Of a stretch of 64,000 nucleotides of DNA, positions 20,603 to 32,677 are shown one piece after another; positions within the stretch are counted from its first letter, which is position 1, and each line of letters starts with the position of its first letter. The stretch covers positions 126,201 to 190,200 of the forward strand of contig CAVPYC010000003.1 in NCBI GenBank assembly GCA_963709925.1, in the 5' to 3' direction. The stretch comes from an uncultured Chloroflexia bacterium (GTDB lineage Bacteria; Chloroflexota; Anaerolineae; Anaerolineales; E44-bin32). Below the pieces are notes generated by a model that saw only the letters and a program-made list of their open reading frames with translations, was not told where the DNA came from and ran no database searches. The translations under genes and the position numbers were made by a program.

Positions 20603-23600
20603 TCAGGCGAACCGCGCTCTAGGCCGCCCATCCGCACCACCACCCGGTGCTTCGACCAGGTCGCGCTCGAGCGGGATGACCCCGTCGTCGAGAGGCCGAC
20701 CGTCGAGGCGGACGGAGGCCACACCGCGGGCCACGCTGTCGGGGTTCTCGACCTGGATTTCGTAGACCGCTTCCCCGAGGCGGTAGGCGATGCGGAAGCC
20801 GTGCCACTCGGGCGGGATCACCGGGTCCATGCTGCAGGCTGTCGCCCCGCACTTTCAGTCCCCAGCACCTCTTCGACCCAGGCCCGGTACATCCACGCCG
20901 CCGAGCCGGTGTACCACGACCAGCCGCCCTGCCCGACCCTCCCGGGAGCGCTGTAGACATCGGCGGCGATCGACGTACGGCTCGACCCCGTAGCGCCAGA
21001 CCCCCTCGACATTGCGGGTGTGTTCGATCGGGTTGAGCATTCGCAGCAGTTCGACCGCCCGCCGTCCATCGCCGCTGCGGGCGAAGCGCCATCGCCAGCC
21101 AGACGGCGGCGTGGGTGTACTGGCCCCCGTTCTCGCGCACCCCCGGCGGGTAGCCGCGGATGTAACCGGGGGTCGGCTCAATCCGATCGAAGGGTGGATC
21201 GAACAGCAGCACCAGCCCATCATCGCTCCGCACCAGGCGGAGATACGCCGACTCGAGGGCCTGGCGGGCACGCTCGGGGTCGCCTCCGCCCGTCAGCCGG
21301 GCCCAGGCCTGGGGCAGCAGATCGATCTGGGCTTCCGGGCTGGACGCCGATCCCAGCGGAGTACCGTCGTCGAAGGTGCCCCGCAGATACCAGTCGCCGT
21401 CCCAGGCGGCTCGATCGATCGGCCTCGATCACGTTCCCGGCGCTCGCGGCGGTAGGCCTCGGCCGTCTGCGGCTGGCCTGCGGCCTCGGCCAACTCGGCC
21501 ATCCGCTCCAGGACATCGGCCAGAAACCAAGCGAGCCAGACGCTTTCGCCGCGCCCGCCGGCGCCGACGCGGTCCATCCCGTCGTTCCAGTCGCCGGTGC
21601 CGATCAGGGGCAGGCCGTTCGGGCCGGAGGTCGAGGCGCGCCGGACGGCACGAGCACAGTGTTCGAAGATCGAGCTTCGCTCGGCGGAAGCCTCAGGGGT
21701 CAGGAACAGATCGTGCTGGTCGTCGGAAAGCGTCGGGCCCTCGAGGAACGGAACCACGGCCTGCAGGAGTGTCGGTGTCGCCGGTGACCCGAACGTACTC
21801 GGCGGTCACGTAGGGCAGCCATAGCAGATCGTCGGATATCCGGGAGCGGATCCCGGCGCCGGCCGGGGGGTGCCACCAGTGCTGCACGTCACCCTCGGCG
21901 AACTGGCGGCCGGCGGCCGTGCAGGATGTGCCGGCGTGCCAGGTCCGGCTGGACCGCGAGCAGCGCCAGAACGTCCTGCAGTTGATCGCGGAACCCGAAG
22001 GCGCCTCCCGATTGATAGAACCCGGAGCGCCCCCAGACCCGGGAGGACAGACTCTGGTACAGCAGCCATCGGTTGACCAGGAAATCGGCCGAAGGCTCGG
22101 GCGTGCGAACCTGCAGTCCGCCCAGCACATCGTCCCACCAGGCCCGGGTGCGGTCGAGCGCCTGTTCGACGGCCAGGTCTTCCCGATAGCGGGTCACCAA
22201 CTCGTGGACCTGGTCGACCGACTCGGCCTGCCCCAGCAGGCAGGTCAGGCTGGTGGTCTCGCCCGGCGCCAGGTCGATGCTTACCCGCAGTCCGGCGCAC
22301 GGATCGATCCCCGCGCCGGTGCGGCCGGAGAGGTCTTCGTGTTCCATGGCGGCCGGGTCGGCGTACGACCGGTTGCGCCCGAGGAACGAGGTCCGATCAC
22401 CGGTATACGAATCCGGCGGCCGGCTGAGGGCGGCGAAGGCCACCCGACCGCCGTAGTCGGGATGGAAGCGGTTGCGCGCCACCAGGGCGTGGGCGTCGTC
22501 GTCCCAGCCGGTCACCAGGTGCAGCTGCGACTCTTCGCGCGTTTCGCCCAGGACCCATTCGGCGAAATAGGTGAGCGACAGGCGACGCGGGCGCGGCGAG
22601 TTGTTCTTCAGGCGCAGTCGTGAGATCCGGATCGGCTCGCCGCCGTCGGCGTCCGTCGGCACCAGAACGGTCAGTTCAAGCTCGATGGCGTGACTGTTGT
22701 GTTCAAAGATGGTGTAGCCGGCGCCGTGCCGGGCCCGGTAAGCCGCCGGCTGGCGGATCGGGCGGGCCGTCGGAGTCCAGGTTTCGCCGGTCTCCTCGTC
22801 GCGCAGGTAGATCACTTCACCCGGAGGATCGAGCACCGGGTCGTTGGACCACGGGGTGAGGCGGTTGCGCTGACTGTTGCCGTACCAGGTGAAGCCGGAT
22901 CCGGTCTCGCTGACCAGGGTGCCGAAGGTCGGGTTGGCGATCACGTTCACCCACGGCGCCGGGGTGTGGGTTTCGGGGCCGAGGTAGATCACGTATTCCC
23001 GGCCGTCGGCGGTGAAGCCGCCCAGGCTGTTGAAGTACGGCAACTCGAGAAACGGCAGGGGAGCCGAGGGCTCGCGCGGCGGCTTCTTGCGCGGCATGGC
23101 CGGAGGGGCCGGCGGCGGCTCGAGGGGGATGGCCAGCTGCTGGGCCAGCGGACCCCGGGCAGCTACCATCACCACGCTGGCCGCCGCCAGCAGCAAGGTG
23201 CGATCGGCTTCGGGCATGCCCTCGGCGCTGCGCAGGAACACGCCGCCGGCCTTGTCGACTCCGGTGTACAGCGAATGCAGCCGCACCAGGCCTTCCAGCC
23301 GTTCGCGCAGCGGCTGCTCGTAGCCGGCCGCCTCCTCGTTCAGGATCACCAGGTCGACCGTCAGTCCGTGGGCGCGCAGATAGGTGTGCGCCTGGAGCAT
23401 CTGGCGCACGAAACTCAGGTCGCGGCCTTCGCTGATCGACACCAGGATGATCGGCAGATCACCCGAGATCCCGTAGGGCCACAGCCCCGCCTGTCCCTTG
23501 CGGTTGCGTTCTTCGACCCGATCGGCCGACGGGCGCAGCAGGTCGTTCGGGTAGAGCAGGTTGGCGGCCAGCTTCTGGAAGCGCCGGGCGTCGTCGGGCT

Positions 23601-26600
23601 GGATGCGCAGCAGGCGCAACTCGAGCTGGGCCGAAGCCCAGGCGACGTCGAGCGCCCGCTCCACGGCCTGCGGATCGGAGTACTTGGTCATCAGGCCGAG
23701 GGCCGCCTGGCGCGTCTCACCGGCGGCCAGCACCAGCGACACCTGGCGGCGTTCGCCGGGGCCCAGGGTCAGGCTGCGCCGCAGGCTGAGGATCGGGTCG
23801 AGGACGTAGCCCTGGGTGTTGCCCGGAGGCCGGCTGGCGCCCATCGGTTCGCGCATCGAACTGCCCCGGCCGATGAACACCCGCCGATCGGTTTCGTAGC
23901 GCAGCGGGCCCGGGTCGCCGGGCGTAAGGCGGTGGGCGACGAACACCGGCGGGTCGTCCGCGTGGCGCGCTCGCCGGTAGGCCAGCAGGGCGCCGTGTTC
24001 GGGGACGGCTTCGGTCTGGATGAACAGCTTGTTGAAGGCGGGGTGCTGGCGATCGGCGTTGTGCGGCGCCATCGAGAGTTCGACATAGCTGGTGAGCTCG
24101 AGGCTGCGCGGGCGCAGGCTGCGGTTGATCAGGGTCAGCCGGCGGACTTCCACGTCGTCTTCCGGAGACACGACGATTTCGGTTTCACAGGCGATGCCGG
24201 CGTCTTCCCGGCGGAACACGGCCCGGTCGAGGGCGAAGTGGGCGGCGTAGTTGTCCACCTTGCCGGCGGTCGGATGGTAGGTGTTCGACCACAGGCGTTT
24301 CGCTTCGGGCTCGTACAGGTAGCAGAAGGTCCCCCAGCCGTCGCGGGTGCGGTCGGAGCGCCAGCGGGTGAGCTCGAAGTCGCCCCACCGGCTGGTGCCG
24401 CCGCCGGCGTTGGTGACCATCAGTCCGTAGCGACCGTTCGACAGCAGCTGGGTCTTGGGCGTCGGGGTGTGAGGCGTCTCGAAGCGGCTGACCGACGGGG
24501 CGACTTCGCCGACGCTCTCGACGGTGGGCAGGCGCTCGCGGGTCGAGATGTGGTGCAGCGGAGGCAAAGTCGGGGACGCGCTCATGCAGCAGCGACTCGA
24601 CGGCCCGCACCCGCGGGTCGGCGTGAAAGCGCCGCGGGAACCGGTCGCCGTGGAGCAGATTGGCCAGGGCCAGGAAACCCATCCCCTGGTGGTGGGCCAT
24701 GTACGCCCGCACGATCACTCCGCGCTCGCCGCGCCGCCGCGGCCGGCGGCTGAAGTCCATCGCCTCGTAGAAACCGAAGTCGTTGAGCAGGCCCAGGTCG
24801 CGCAGCCGGCGCAGGTTGCGCACCGCCCGGCGCGGCGCCACCGGCAGGGCCAGCAAGGTGGCGTACGGCGCCACCACCACTTCCTGATCGAGATCCCGCT
24901 TGAGCCCGAGTTCCGGCACGCCGAAGGCCTTGTACTGGTAGTTCTTGTCCTGGTCGAGGTCGCCGTAGGCCGATTCGGAGATCCCCCAGGGAACGCCTCG
25001 GCGGCGGCCGTAGGCGATCTGCACTTCGACCGCGTCGGCGATCGGCCTTGTCGAGCAAGGAGTTGTGGGTGGAGCGTTGGAGCAGCAGCGGCATCAGGTA
25101 TTCGAACATCGTGCCGCTCCAACTCGAGAAGCACCCGCTCTCCGCCGACGGCGTTGTAGGGACGGCTCATCGAGAACCAGTGCTCGATCGGGGCCTGGCC
25201 GGCGGCGATCGAGGCGTACGAACCCAGGCGGGCTTCGCTGGCCAGCAGGTCGTAGTAGGCGCTGTCGCGGCGGCCGGCCGAGACGTTGTGTCCGATCACG
25301 AACAACCGGCGCACGGGGTCGTACAGGAAGCGCATATCGATCGAATCGGCCAGGTGCGTCGGCTGTGCGCAGCAGGTCTTCGGCGTCGGCCAGCATTTCG
25401 CCGGCCAGCCACTTGGCGCGATCGAAATCGGCGATCAGGCGATCGAGCCAGGCTGCGAGCGGGGCGGCTTCGGCCGGGGCCTGTTCCCAGGCCTGGCGGA
25501 GAAGTTGCAGGCTGCGCACCTCTCCATGGGCCAGGGCGAGCAGCGACGGGGCCTCGGCCAGGTCGGCCAGCACGGCTTCGACGGTTTCCTGGCCGAGGGC
25601 GGCCAGGTCCGCTTCCGACATTTCGGCCAGGATTTCGATCCAGGTCAGGTAACGGTCGACCAGGTGGTTCCAGGACTCGACCTGGGCGCGAAAGGCATTC
25701 GGCCAGGAAACCGGCGGTGCAGGTGCATCAGCCAGGCCCGGGCTTTCTTCCCTCGGAGGCGCTTCGACGGGCGCAGGAACCGGTCCGGGGATCGAACGGA
25801 GCGTGCGCACCGTTCCCAGGACGTCGGAGACGGCGCCATCCAGGACCCGGCGCGCCTGGTCGGCTGGCACGCCGACCGCGTCGTCGGTCTCTTCGACTAC
25901 GACATCCAGCGCATCGTGCAGGCCGTCGACAGCCGATCGGGCGAGCAGGGGCTTCCGGATCAATTCCTCGATGCCGGCCCGCAGGGTCCACAGAGCGGCC
26001 AGCAGATTGCCGCTGTCGACGGCCGAGACGTAGCGCGGCTCGAGCGGCCGCAGGGTCTGCAGGTCGTACCAGTTGAGCAGATGACCGGCGTGGCGTTCCA
26101 GGCGTCCGAGCGTGGCCAGAGTGCCGCGCAGGCGTTCGATCACCTGATCTGTGGTCAGGTAGCCGAAGTCGGAGGCGGCCAGCGCGCTGAGCAGCCACAT
26201 CCCGATGTTGGTCGGGCTGGTGCGCATCGCCACGCGTTCACGGTGGGAGATCTGGTAGTTGTCCGGCGGCAGCCAGAAGGTGTCTTCTCCGACGAAGCGG
26301 TCGAAGTAGCCCCAGGTCCGCCGGGCTACGGTCCGCAGGAAACGGTGATCGGCGTCGGGAAGCTGGGCCAGGCGCGGCCGGGCCACCGGCCGGCGGGTGA
26401 GCCACCAACCCAGGACGGGCGAGACGAACCACAGGCCCAGCCACGGGGCGGCGGCCGAGAAGGTGGACGGGTGAAACGTCTGCACCGCGGCGCCGACCGC
26501 CAGAGAGAACAGGCTGGCCAGCGACATCCGGAGCAGAAAGGACGGCCGGCGGCTGAGGGCGCTGGTGGCGGCCGATTGGGCCGAGGCCCACTCCAGCAGA

Positions 26601-29600
26601 AGACGACGGGAGACCAGCCGGCGCCAGGCCACGCGCACGATGGCGTCGATGGCCAACCCGGCCTTGTGGGGCAGCAGGGACACCTCGACCAGCGCCCGTC
26701 CCAGATCGTTGGAGATGATCCGCAGCGAAAAGTGCTTCATTCCCTGGGCGCTGGTGACCCAGGTGAGGGGTTGTGACAGCGGCTGGAACAACACCTGGAG
26801 CAGCACCAGCGCCGCCGCCAGCCAGGCTTGCTCCGGGTCGAGCAGCCAGACCGCGATCAGCAGACCGAGGTTGGCGGCCGGCACCAGGCTGCGGCGCAGA
26901 TTGTCGAAGATCTTCCAACGGTTGACCGACGACAGCGGGTTGCGCTCACGGCGGCCGCCGGGGCGGGGCACCCGCGGCGCCACCCAGTCGGCGATCTGCC
27001 AGTCGCCGCGGATCCAGCGGTGTTCTCGGCGGCCGTAGGTCAGGTAGTCCGGCGGGAACTCGTCGAGCAGTTCGATGTCGCTGACCAGCGCGACCCGGAC
27101 GTGGGCGCCCTCGATCAAGTCGTGACTGAGCAGGTGTTCATCGGGGAAGCGGCCCGAGAGCACCCGGCCGAAAGCGCGCGGATCGTACAGGCCTTTGCCG
27201 TGATACGAGCCTTCGGCGAACAGGTCTTGATAAACGTCGGAGACGGCCTTGGTGTACGGGTCGATCCCGACCGCGTCGGTGAACAGGCGGCTAAAGGGCG
27301 TGGCGCCGGCGGAGGGGAGCGACGGGGTGACGCGCGGCTGGAGGATGGTGTAGCTGCCCGGGAGCACCCGGCCCTGCTCGTCGAAGCGCGGCGCCACCAG
27401 CGGATGGGCCATGGTCTCGATCAAGCGGCGGGCCGTGCCGCTGGGAAGCTGGGTGTCGCTGTCGAGCGTGATCACGAAGCGCACCTCGGTCAGGCGCTCG
27501 GCCTGGCCGACGTGCACCAGCGAATCGGGCTCGGGGTGGGTGCCGTCGATCAGGCGGTTGAGCTCTTCCAGCTTGCCGCGCTTGCGCTCCCAGCCGATGT
27601 AGCGCTGCTCCGATCGGCTCCAACTGCGCTGGCGGTGCAAGAAGAAGAATCGTCCGCCGGGGTGTCGGGCATTGAGCGCCTCGATCCGCTCGACCGCATG
27701 CAGGAACAACGCCTCATCTTCCGGCCGCAGCGCCGCATCGGCGTCGACGTAATCGGTGAACAACCCGAACAGCAGGTTGTCCTCGCGATTGGCCAGGTAG
27801 CGAATCTCCAGCCGCTCGATGGTGGCGTCGATCTGCTGCGGGCTCACCAGGAGTTCCGGAACGACCACCAGGGTGCGGTACTCGTCGGGGATCCCCGTTT
27901 CCGAGAAGTCCAGCTTCGGGAGGGTGCGCGGCGGCAGCAGCCGGGTGACCAGATAGTCGGTGACCTTGAGGGCCAACTGGCTGACCGGGATCAGTCCCAG
28001 CAGGCTGACCAGCAGGGCCAGTCCGGTAGGGAAACCGCGCCAGCCGACGGCCAGGATGGCGGCGATCAGCCCGGCCGAGAGCAGGCCGGCGAATCCGAAG
28101 TACACCGGCGCCGGGTGGGACAGGACGAAGCGCAGGGCACGGTGGCGGAGCCCTTCGCGGCTCCCCAGTTCTTCCACGAAGGCCCGCCGGGCGTCTCCGA
28201 TCAGGTGGGCGCCGATATGACCGAGCGGAGGATCCGGGATCCCCGAGGCGGCCTCGACCGCCGCCTGAGCCACCTCGATCTCGGGGCGGCGAGCGGTGTG
28301 GGCCAGACCTTCGACGGCGCGCCGGTAGCGGTCGCGCGTGTCGAAGTCCATCTGCGGGTAGATTCCCGACGGATCCCGGCGCAGAGTGCGCTCGACGTGG
28401 CTCAGGTTCTCGAACATGCGGCGCCAGTCGAGCAGCGCCAGCTGGCGCAGGCTGGTGAAGGCGTTGCTGACCGAGGTCTGGGCCTGCGACTGGCGGGTGT
28501 GTTCTCGCAGAGTGACCTCGGCCAGGGGCTTGCGGAAGACGCGTTCCAGCCAGCCCTGCACCGGGCCCAGCGCGTCGTCTTCGTCGTACAGGTGGTCGAT
28601 CAACTGCGAGGCGAAGTAGGGCGACGGGGACGGATGGGAGGCGGTGAGATCGGCCAGGACCCCGAACAGGCTGGTCGGATCGCGGCGGCTGAGGGTGAGC
28701 AGACGGTTGGCCCAGTAGTCGGCCATTTGCCGTTGGCGGAGCTGATCGAGAGCGCGGGCGGCCTGGCCGCGGATGTTCTCGACCAGGGCGATGCGCAGCA
28801 TCTGCGGGTAGGCCCACAACTCGCCGATGGTGAGCGGGTGCGCGTGCTGGTAGGCCTCCAGGAAGGCCAGGATGTTTTCGCGCTCGAGCCGGGCGTCGGC
28901 GTGAGCGGTCAGTTCGCTGGCCAGCGCGTAGATGCGCGGCAGCGGCAGCCGCCCGTTGGCCAGCGCCGGCAGCTGGTGGTAGTAGCGGCGCGGCAAGTTG
29001 AGGCGGACGTCGCGGGCGTTGGCTTCGATGATGTACTCGTTGTCCAGGATCCACTCGGAGACGGGCGAGGCGCCCTGGTCGAGTTGGGTCGCGGCCGATA
29101 GATCCTGGCTGACCCGGTGGACCCACAGGCGGGCGCCCTCCAGTCGGCGGAGCAGTTCGGTGTTGCGCCGGGGGCGCGGGTGGAGGTGGTGATCGGCGGC
29201 CAGCCGACGTGCGTGCTCTTCGATCTCCGGCAGAGAGAGGGCCAGCGCCTCCGGGGGCTCGGGCTCCTCGGGTGCGCCTCGTTCGGGGTGGAAGAAGAAC
29301 AGGACCGGCGGTACTTCGCCGCCCTCGCGCAGCAGGGCGGAGGCCTCGGCGGCGGCCTCGACCGGGCACTGCAGCAGGAGCAGCGACTCGTCGGGCACCA
29401 GACGCGGGGCATGTTCGTTGAGCAGGCGGCGCTCGACCCCGAACCGGTTCCGGCGGAACCACAGGCGCGCCACGACCAGGGCCGGCAGCGAGGCCAGCAG
29501 CGCCAGTGTCGGAGGTGTGAGGAAGCGAGGCAGGAACGGCAGCCGCCATCCGAGGGCGATGGCGGCCAGACCGATCATGCCGGACCAGATCACGATCGAG

Positions 29601-29872
29601 AGCGCCGCGCCTACCAGGCGGCGGAGGGAGAAGGGGTCCCAGGTGGTCAGGTTGCCGTCGCCGTCCTTGAGCAGAAGAGCGGCGCGGCGGAACCCGCCGC
29701 GTTCCAGCCCGGCGGCGGCGCTGCGTGCTTCTTGTGGATTGGCGAAGAACCCCAGGACGACGACGTCGGCCATCTGCGTTCCGCGATTGCCATCCTTCTG
29801 GCGGCGAGTCCGACCGGGCCAGTATACCTGCCCCCTCCGTGCAAAGTGACCGGCACCGGTGGGGAGGCCCAC
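20603..29872 (-). CDS. ndvB: Cyclic beta-1,2-glucan synthase (NdvB/ChvB/Cgs-like; N-terminal GT84 membrane domain plus C-terminal GH94 phosphorylase-like domain), about 3000 aa. The 3' third is broken by many frame changes
   Basis: ORF 25094..29872 (1592 aa, intact) is the GT84 region ([12 protein letters not shown]). ORFs 24715..25335, 24582..25109 ([11 protein letters not shown]), 24185..25024 and 21889..24585 (898 aa, GH94) continue it. Fragments 21693..22130, 21293..21757, 20855..21271, 20619..21233 ([23 protein letters not shown]) and 20603..20830 complete the C-terminus. Confidence 0.8.
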
Positions 29873-29879
29873 CAGGCTT

Positions 29880-30560
29880 CATACCGTAGGCTCCAATGCC
29901 GTGGTTGAACTCATCCTGCGGTCGCCACGCGTGAACCGCCGCGTGAGTGCCGAGGCGAGAGCGCACGCCCGTTGTACGGTTGGCACAACAGGATGCCGTC
30001 GATCGTTCTCCCCGCCTCTCCATGCACCTCTCTCCATGGGGGGCCAGGGGAGGGAGTTACACTCCCCTCCCCTTAGGCCTCCCAGGCCCCCCTAACCCCT
30101 CCCCTGTAAGCGGCGGTTGAAGTCTGCCTGCGTTCGCCATGCGTGGACCGCCGCGCGAGTGCCGAGGCGATGACCTGCCGCCGACGCGCGACTGGCGCCT
30201 CGACCGGGAGCCGAAGGCCCCATGGTGTTGGAGGAACGCTCGCATCGCTATGCGGCGGTATCGGTGTTTCCGGGGAAGACTCCCTCCCCCCGCTCCCCTG
30301 AAGAGTCCCGGACCGACAGGCAGGTGCCGAGGCCCCGCACCCCCTCGCGAAGCATCCTGAGGCGAAGCCGAAGGACAAGCCGCTGCCCCTGATCGCGAAG
30401 CATCCCGTAGCGGAGCGGAGGGAAAGCGGCGGTTTGTCTTGCCTTGCGTTCGGGCGACGTGCGACCGCCGCGCCAGCGCCGAGGCGATGGCTCTCGGCCG
30501 TGGCGAGGTAGGCGCCTCTGCGATTAACCAGTCGTCATTGCGTGGCAGTCTCTTCGCCGC
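29880..30560. repeat. Cluster of interspersed structured repeat units (motifs TCGCGAAGCATCC[TC]G..GC, GGAGGGAAAGCGGCGG, GTTCGCCAYGCGTGGACCGCCGCGCGAGYGCCGAGGCGATG) plus G/C-tract palindromes
   Basis: A 35-bp exact match CCCTCGCGAAGCATCCTGAGGCGAAGCCGAAGGAC with 38940-38975. Four copies of the CGCCAYGCGTGGACCGCCGCGCGAG family (29925, 30136, 30452, 39071). Palindrome AGGGGAGGGAgttacaCTCCCCTCCCCT at about 30050. Confidence 0.6.
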
Positions 30561-30578
30561 ATTACTTTGCGAGCGCGG

Positions 30579-31517
30579 CTAGGCGACCAGCAGGCCATGC
30601 TTCGGAGCGATCCCGATCGTCGCAGAGGTGCCGGCGTTGAACTCGATGAAGTCGGCCTCGATCCCGTCGCTGAAGACCACACCGTTCTCGGGCATGTGGG
30701 AGGCGATTACGAGGGGCTCGTCGGGCGAGACCCGGCCGAAGGTGATGCTGGCGCCGGTGGTCTTGCTGGGCCACGGTTCCCGAACCGAGAACACCAGGTA
30801 CTCGGCGTCCCAGGCGAACGCCGACGGCGAACGACCGTCGCCCTGCCCGCCGCCGGCGATGGCGGCGATGGCCCTGGCGCCGGCCAGCACGCTGCGCAGC
30901 CAGCCGGTGGACCCCAACCCGGTGGACACGATGACCCCGCTGGAGGAATGCCGTTCCTGACGTTCGCCCGCCTGGATGGTGTAGCGGGCCGAGACGTGGC
31001 TTCGAGCGCCGATGAAGAGATCGTTGACCCCGAGCAGCACCTGGCCGGTGTTGAACGTTGCCAGGGCCATCGTCACCGGCTTCAGCCGGTGCACGCCGCG
31101 CAACACGCCGCCGACGACCTGCGGCAACTGGCGGACGCTGAAGGGAACCAGGATTCCCTCCCAGCGAGCCGGATCGGGATTGACCCCCACCAGGGGATGG
31201 CCGTCCAGGTACTTCAGGGTGTTGGCTACCAGCCCGTCCTGGCCCAGGGCCACCACGATGTCCCGTGGGCCGAAGACGTAGTTCGGCAGGTAGGCGCGGT
31301 CGATCACCTGCAGGCGCCCGATTTGGGCCAGGAGGCGTTCACAACTCGACAGGGCTTCCCGGTAGTTACGGTCTTCGTGTTGGTAGTCGCCGAAGTCGGC
31401 GCCGAGGTGTTCGATATAGAACCGCGCCTGGTCTTCGGTGTTGAAGCGGGCAATCAGATCATCCAGGCGCGTCTTGCGCGTGACCAGGACGATCTTGTTC
31501 TCGCTGGCCGGCTGCAT
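30579..31517 (-). CDS. ATP-NAD kinase / diacylglycerol-kinase-fold family protein (NAD kinase-like)
   Basis: 312 aa. VVALGQDGLVANT (GGDG-like) and SGVIVSTGLGSTGW resemble NAD kinase motifs. The start ATG overlaps the stop of the upstream SPFH gene (cTGATGcag). Confidence 0.55.
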   Translation of the reverse strand: MQPASENKIVLVTRKTRLDDLIARFNTEDQARFYIEHLGADFGDYQHEDRNYREALSSCERLLAQIGRLQVIDRAYLPNYVFGPRDIVVALGQDGLVANTLKYLDGHPLVGVNPDPARWEGILVPFSVRQLPQVVGGVLRGVHRLKPVTMALATFNTGQVLLGVNDLFIGARSHVSARYTIQAGERQERHSSSGVIVSTGLGSTGWLRSVLAGARAIAAIAGGGQGDGRSPSAFAWDAEYLVFSVREPWPSKTTGASITFGRVSPDEPLVIASHMPENGVVFSDGIEADFIEFNAGTSATIGIAPKHGLLVA

Positions 31518-32484
31518 CAGGCCTCGTCCGTTTCTCCGATCACCTCGCGGAGCAAGTCGGGGGTGATGTTGAGCTGTCCGATCTTCTCGGCGCTCTCGGC
31601 CAGTTCCTTGAAGGCCAGAGCCACCAGGTGACCCGGGCTCAGCCCGGTGCTGACCAGGGCCTTGATGGTCTTCTCATCGGCCCGGCCGAGCGCCTGCATC
31701 AGCGCCGAGACCTCATAGGCGCGGGCGTCGGCCTGCTCCCGGGCGTTGGCCGAGGCCAGGGCGACCAGTTCTTTGTTGTCGCTCTCCAGGGCGATGTTGG
31801 CCGCCATCTGGGTTTCGCGGATCTGGCGGCGTTTGAGCTCCACCGCAATCTCGGTATTGAGTTCGTTTTCCTTGATGGCCCGCTCCTGCTCCACGGCGGA
31901 GTTGCGGCGGGCGTAGATGGCATTGTCGGCCTGGCGCAGTAGCTGCTCGCGGGCCTCGGCTTCCAACGCCCGGCCGGTGTCCGGAGTGGGCTTGATGGCC
32001 AGGATGGCGAACTCAAGGACCTCCAATCCGTGGGTCGTGACGGTCTCGGTGGCGCGCAACGCCTTGGCCAGGGAGGCGACGAGTTCGTCGGAGCGACCCA
32101 GCGCCTGGTGCAAGGTCAGGTTCTTGAGAGCGGTCCGGGTGATCACCCGGGCGGCGTTGGTCAGGCGCTGCGGCAGCTTCTTGGGATCTTCCGAGCGGTA
32201 CTCGCGGCCGTTGGGCGCCAGGGTGAAGTTCAGCAGCTGCGCCAGGCGCTTGGGCTCCGTCACCCGGAAGGTCAGATGGCCCTGGACCGTGACCTGCTGG
32301 AAGTCGCCGGTGACCTCCTCGAAGATGAAAGGAACATCGAGGCTGCCGATCGGGATCACCGCCAGCAGGCTGGTGGGAGCGAAGTAGAACAGGCTGAGGC
32401 CCGGCCCCTGGCGAACCACCCGGCCGCGCCGGTACTGGATCAGGTACTCGGTGGGCTGGACCTTGACGTAGCGGTAGCCGAACA
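31517..32484 (-). CDS. SPFH/band-7 domain protein
   Basis: [12 protein letters not shown] then ATG at 32484 (MFGYRYVKVQPTEYLIQYRRGRVVRQGPGLSLFYFAPTSLLAVIPIG), followed by a long coiled-coil Ala/Glu-rich C-terminus. Translationally coupled to the downstream NAD-kinase-like gene. Confidence 0.75.
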
Positions 32485-32677
32485 TCTCCCCTCCTCGCCT
32501 GCCTGTGCGTCCATGTCGGACAGCGGGAAGTATCGCATACCGTGAAAGCGCGGGGCAGGGTCCATGGTATCCTTCCCTCTTGTCGCGCCTGCGGCGGCGG
32601 CGACCACGCACAAAGCCAGCAGGCGCTGTTCGCGCCGGGAGCCGGCCTCGCCGCGGCGACCCTAAGGATCACAACTC

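Noticed and set aside
21889-24585. Separate cellobiose-phosphorylase (GH94) gene
   Set aside because: It is contiguous, after frame changes, with the GT84 N-terminal region and the further C-terminal fragments. It is part of one NdvB-type synthase, not a stand-alone phosphorylase.
29880-30560. CRISPR array
   Set aside because: The repeats are heterogeneous in sequence and length and irregularly spaced, with no cas genes. They look like REP/MITE-like elements instead.
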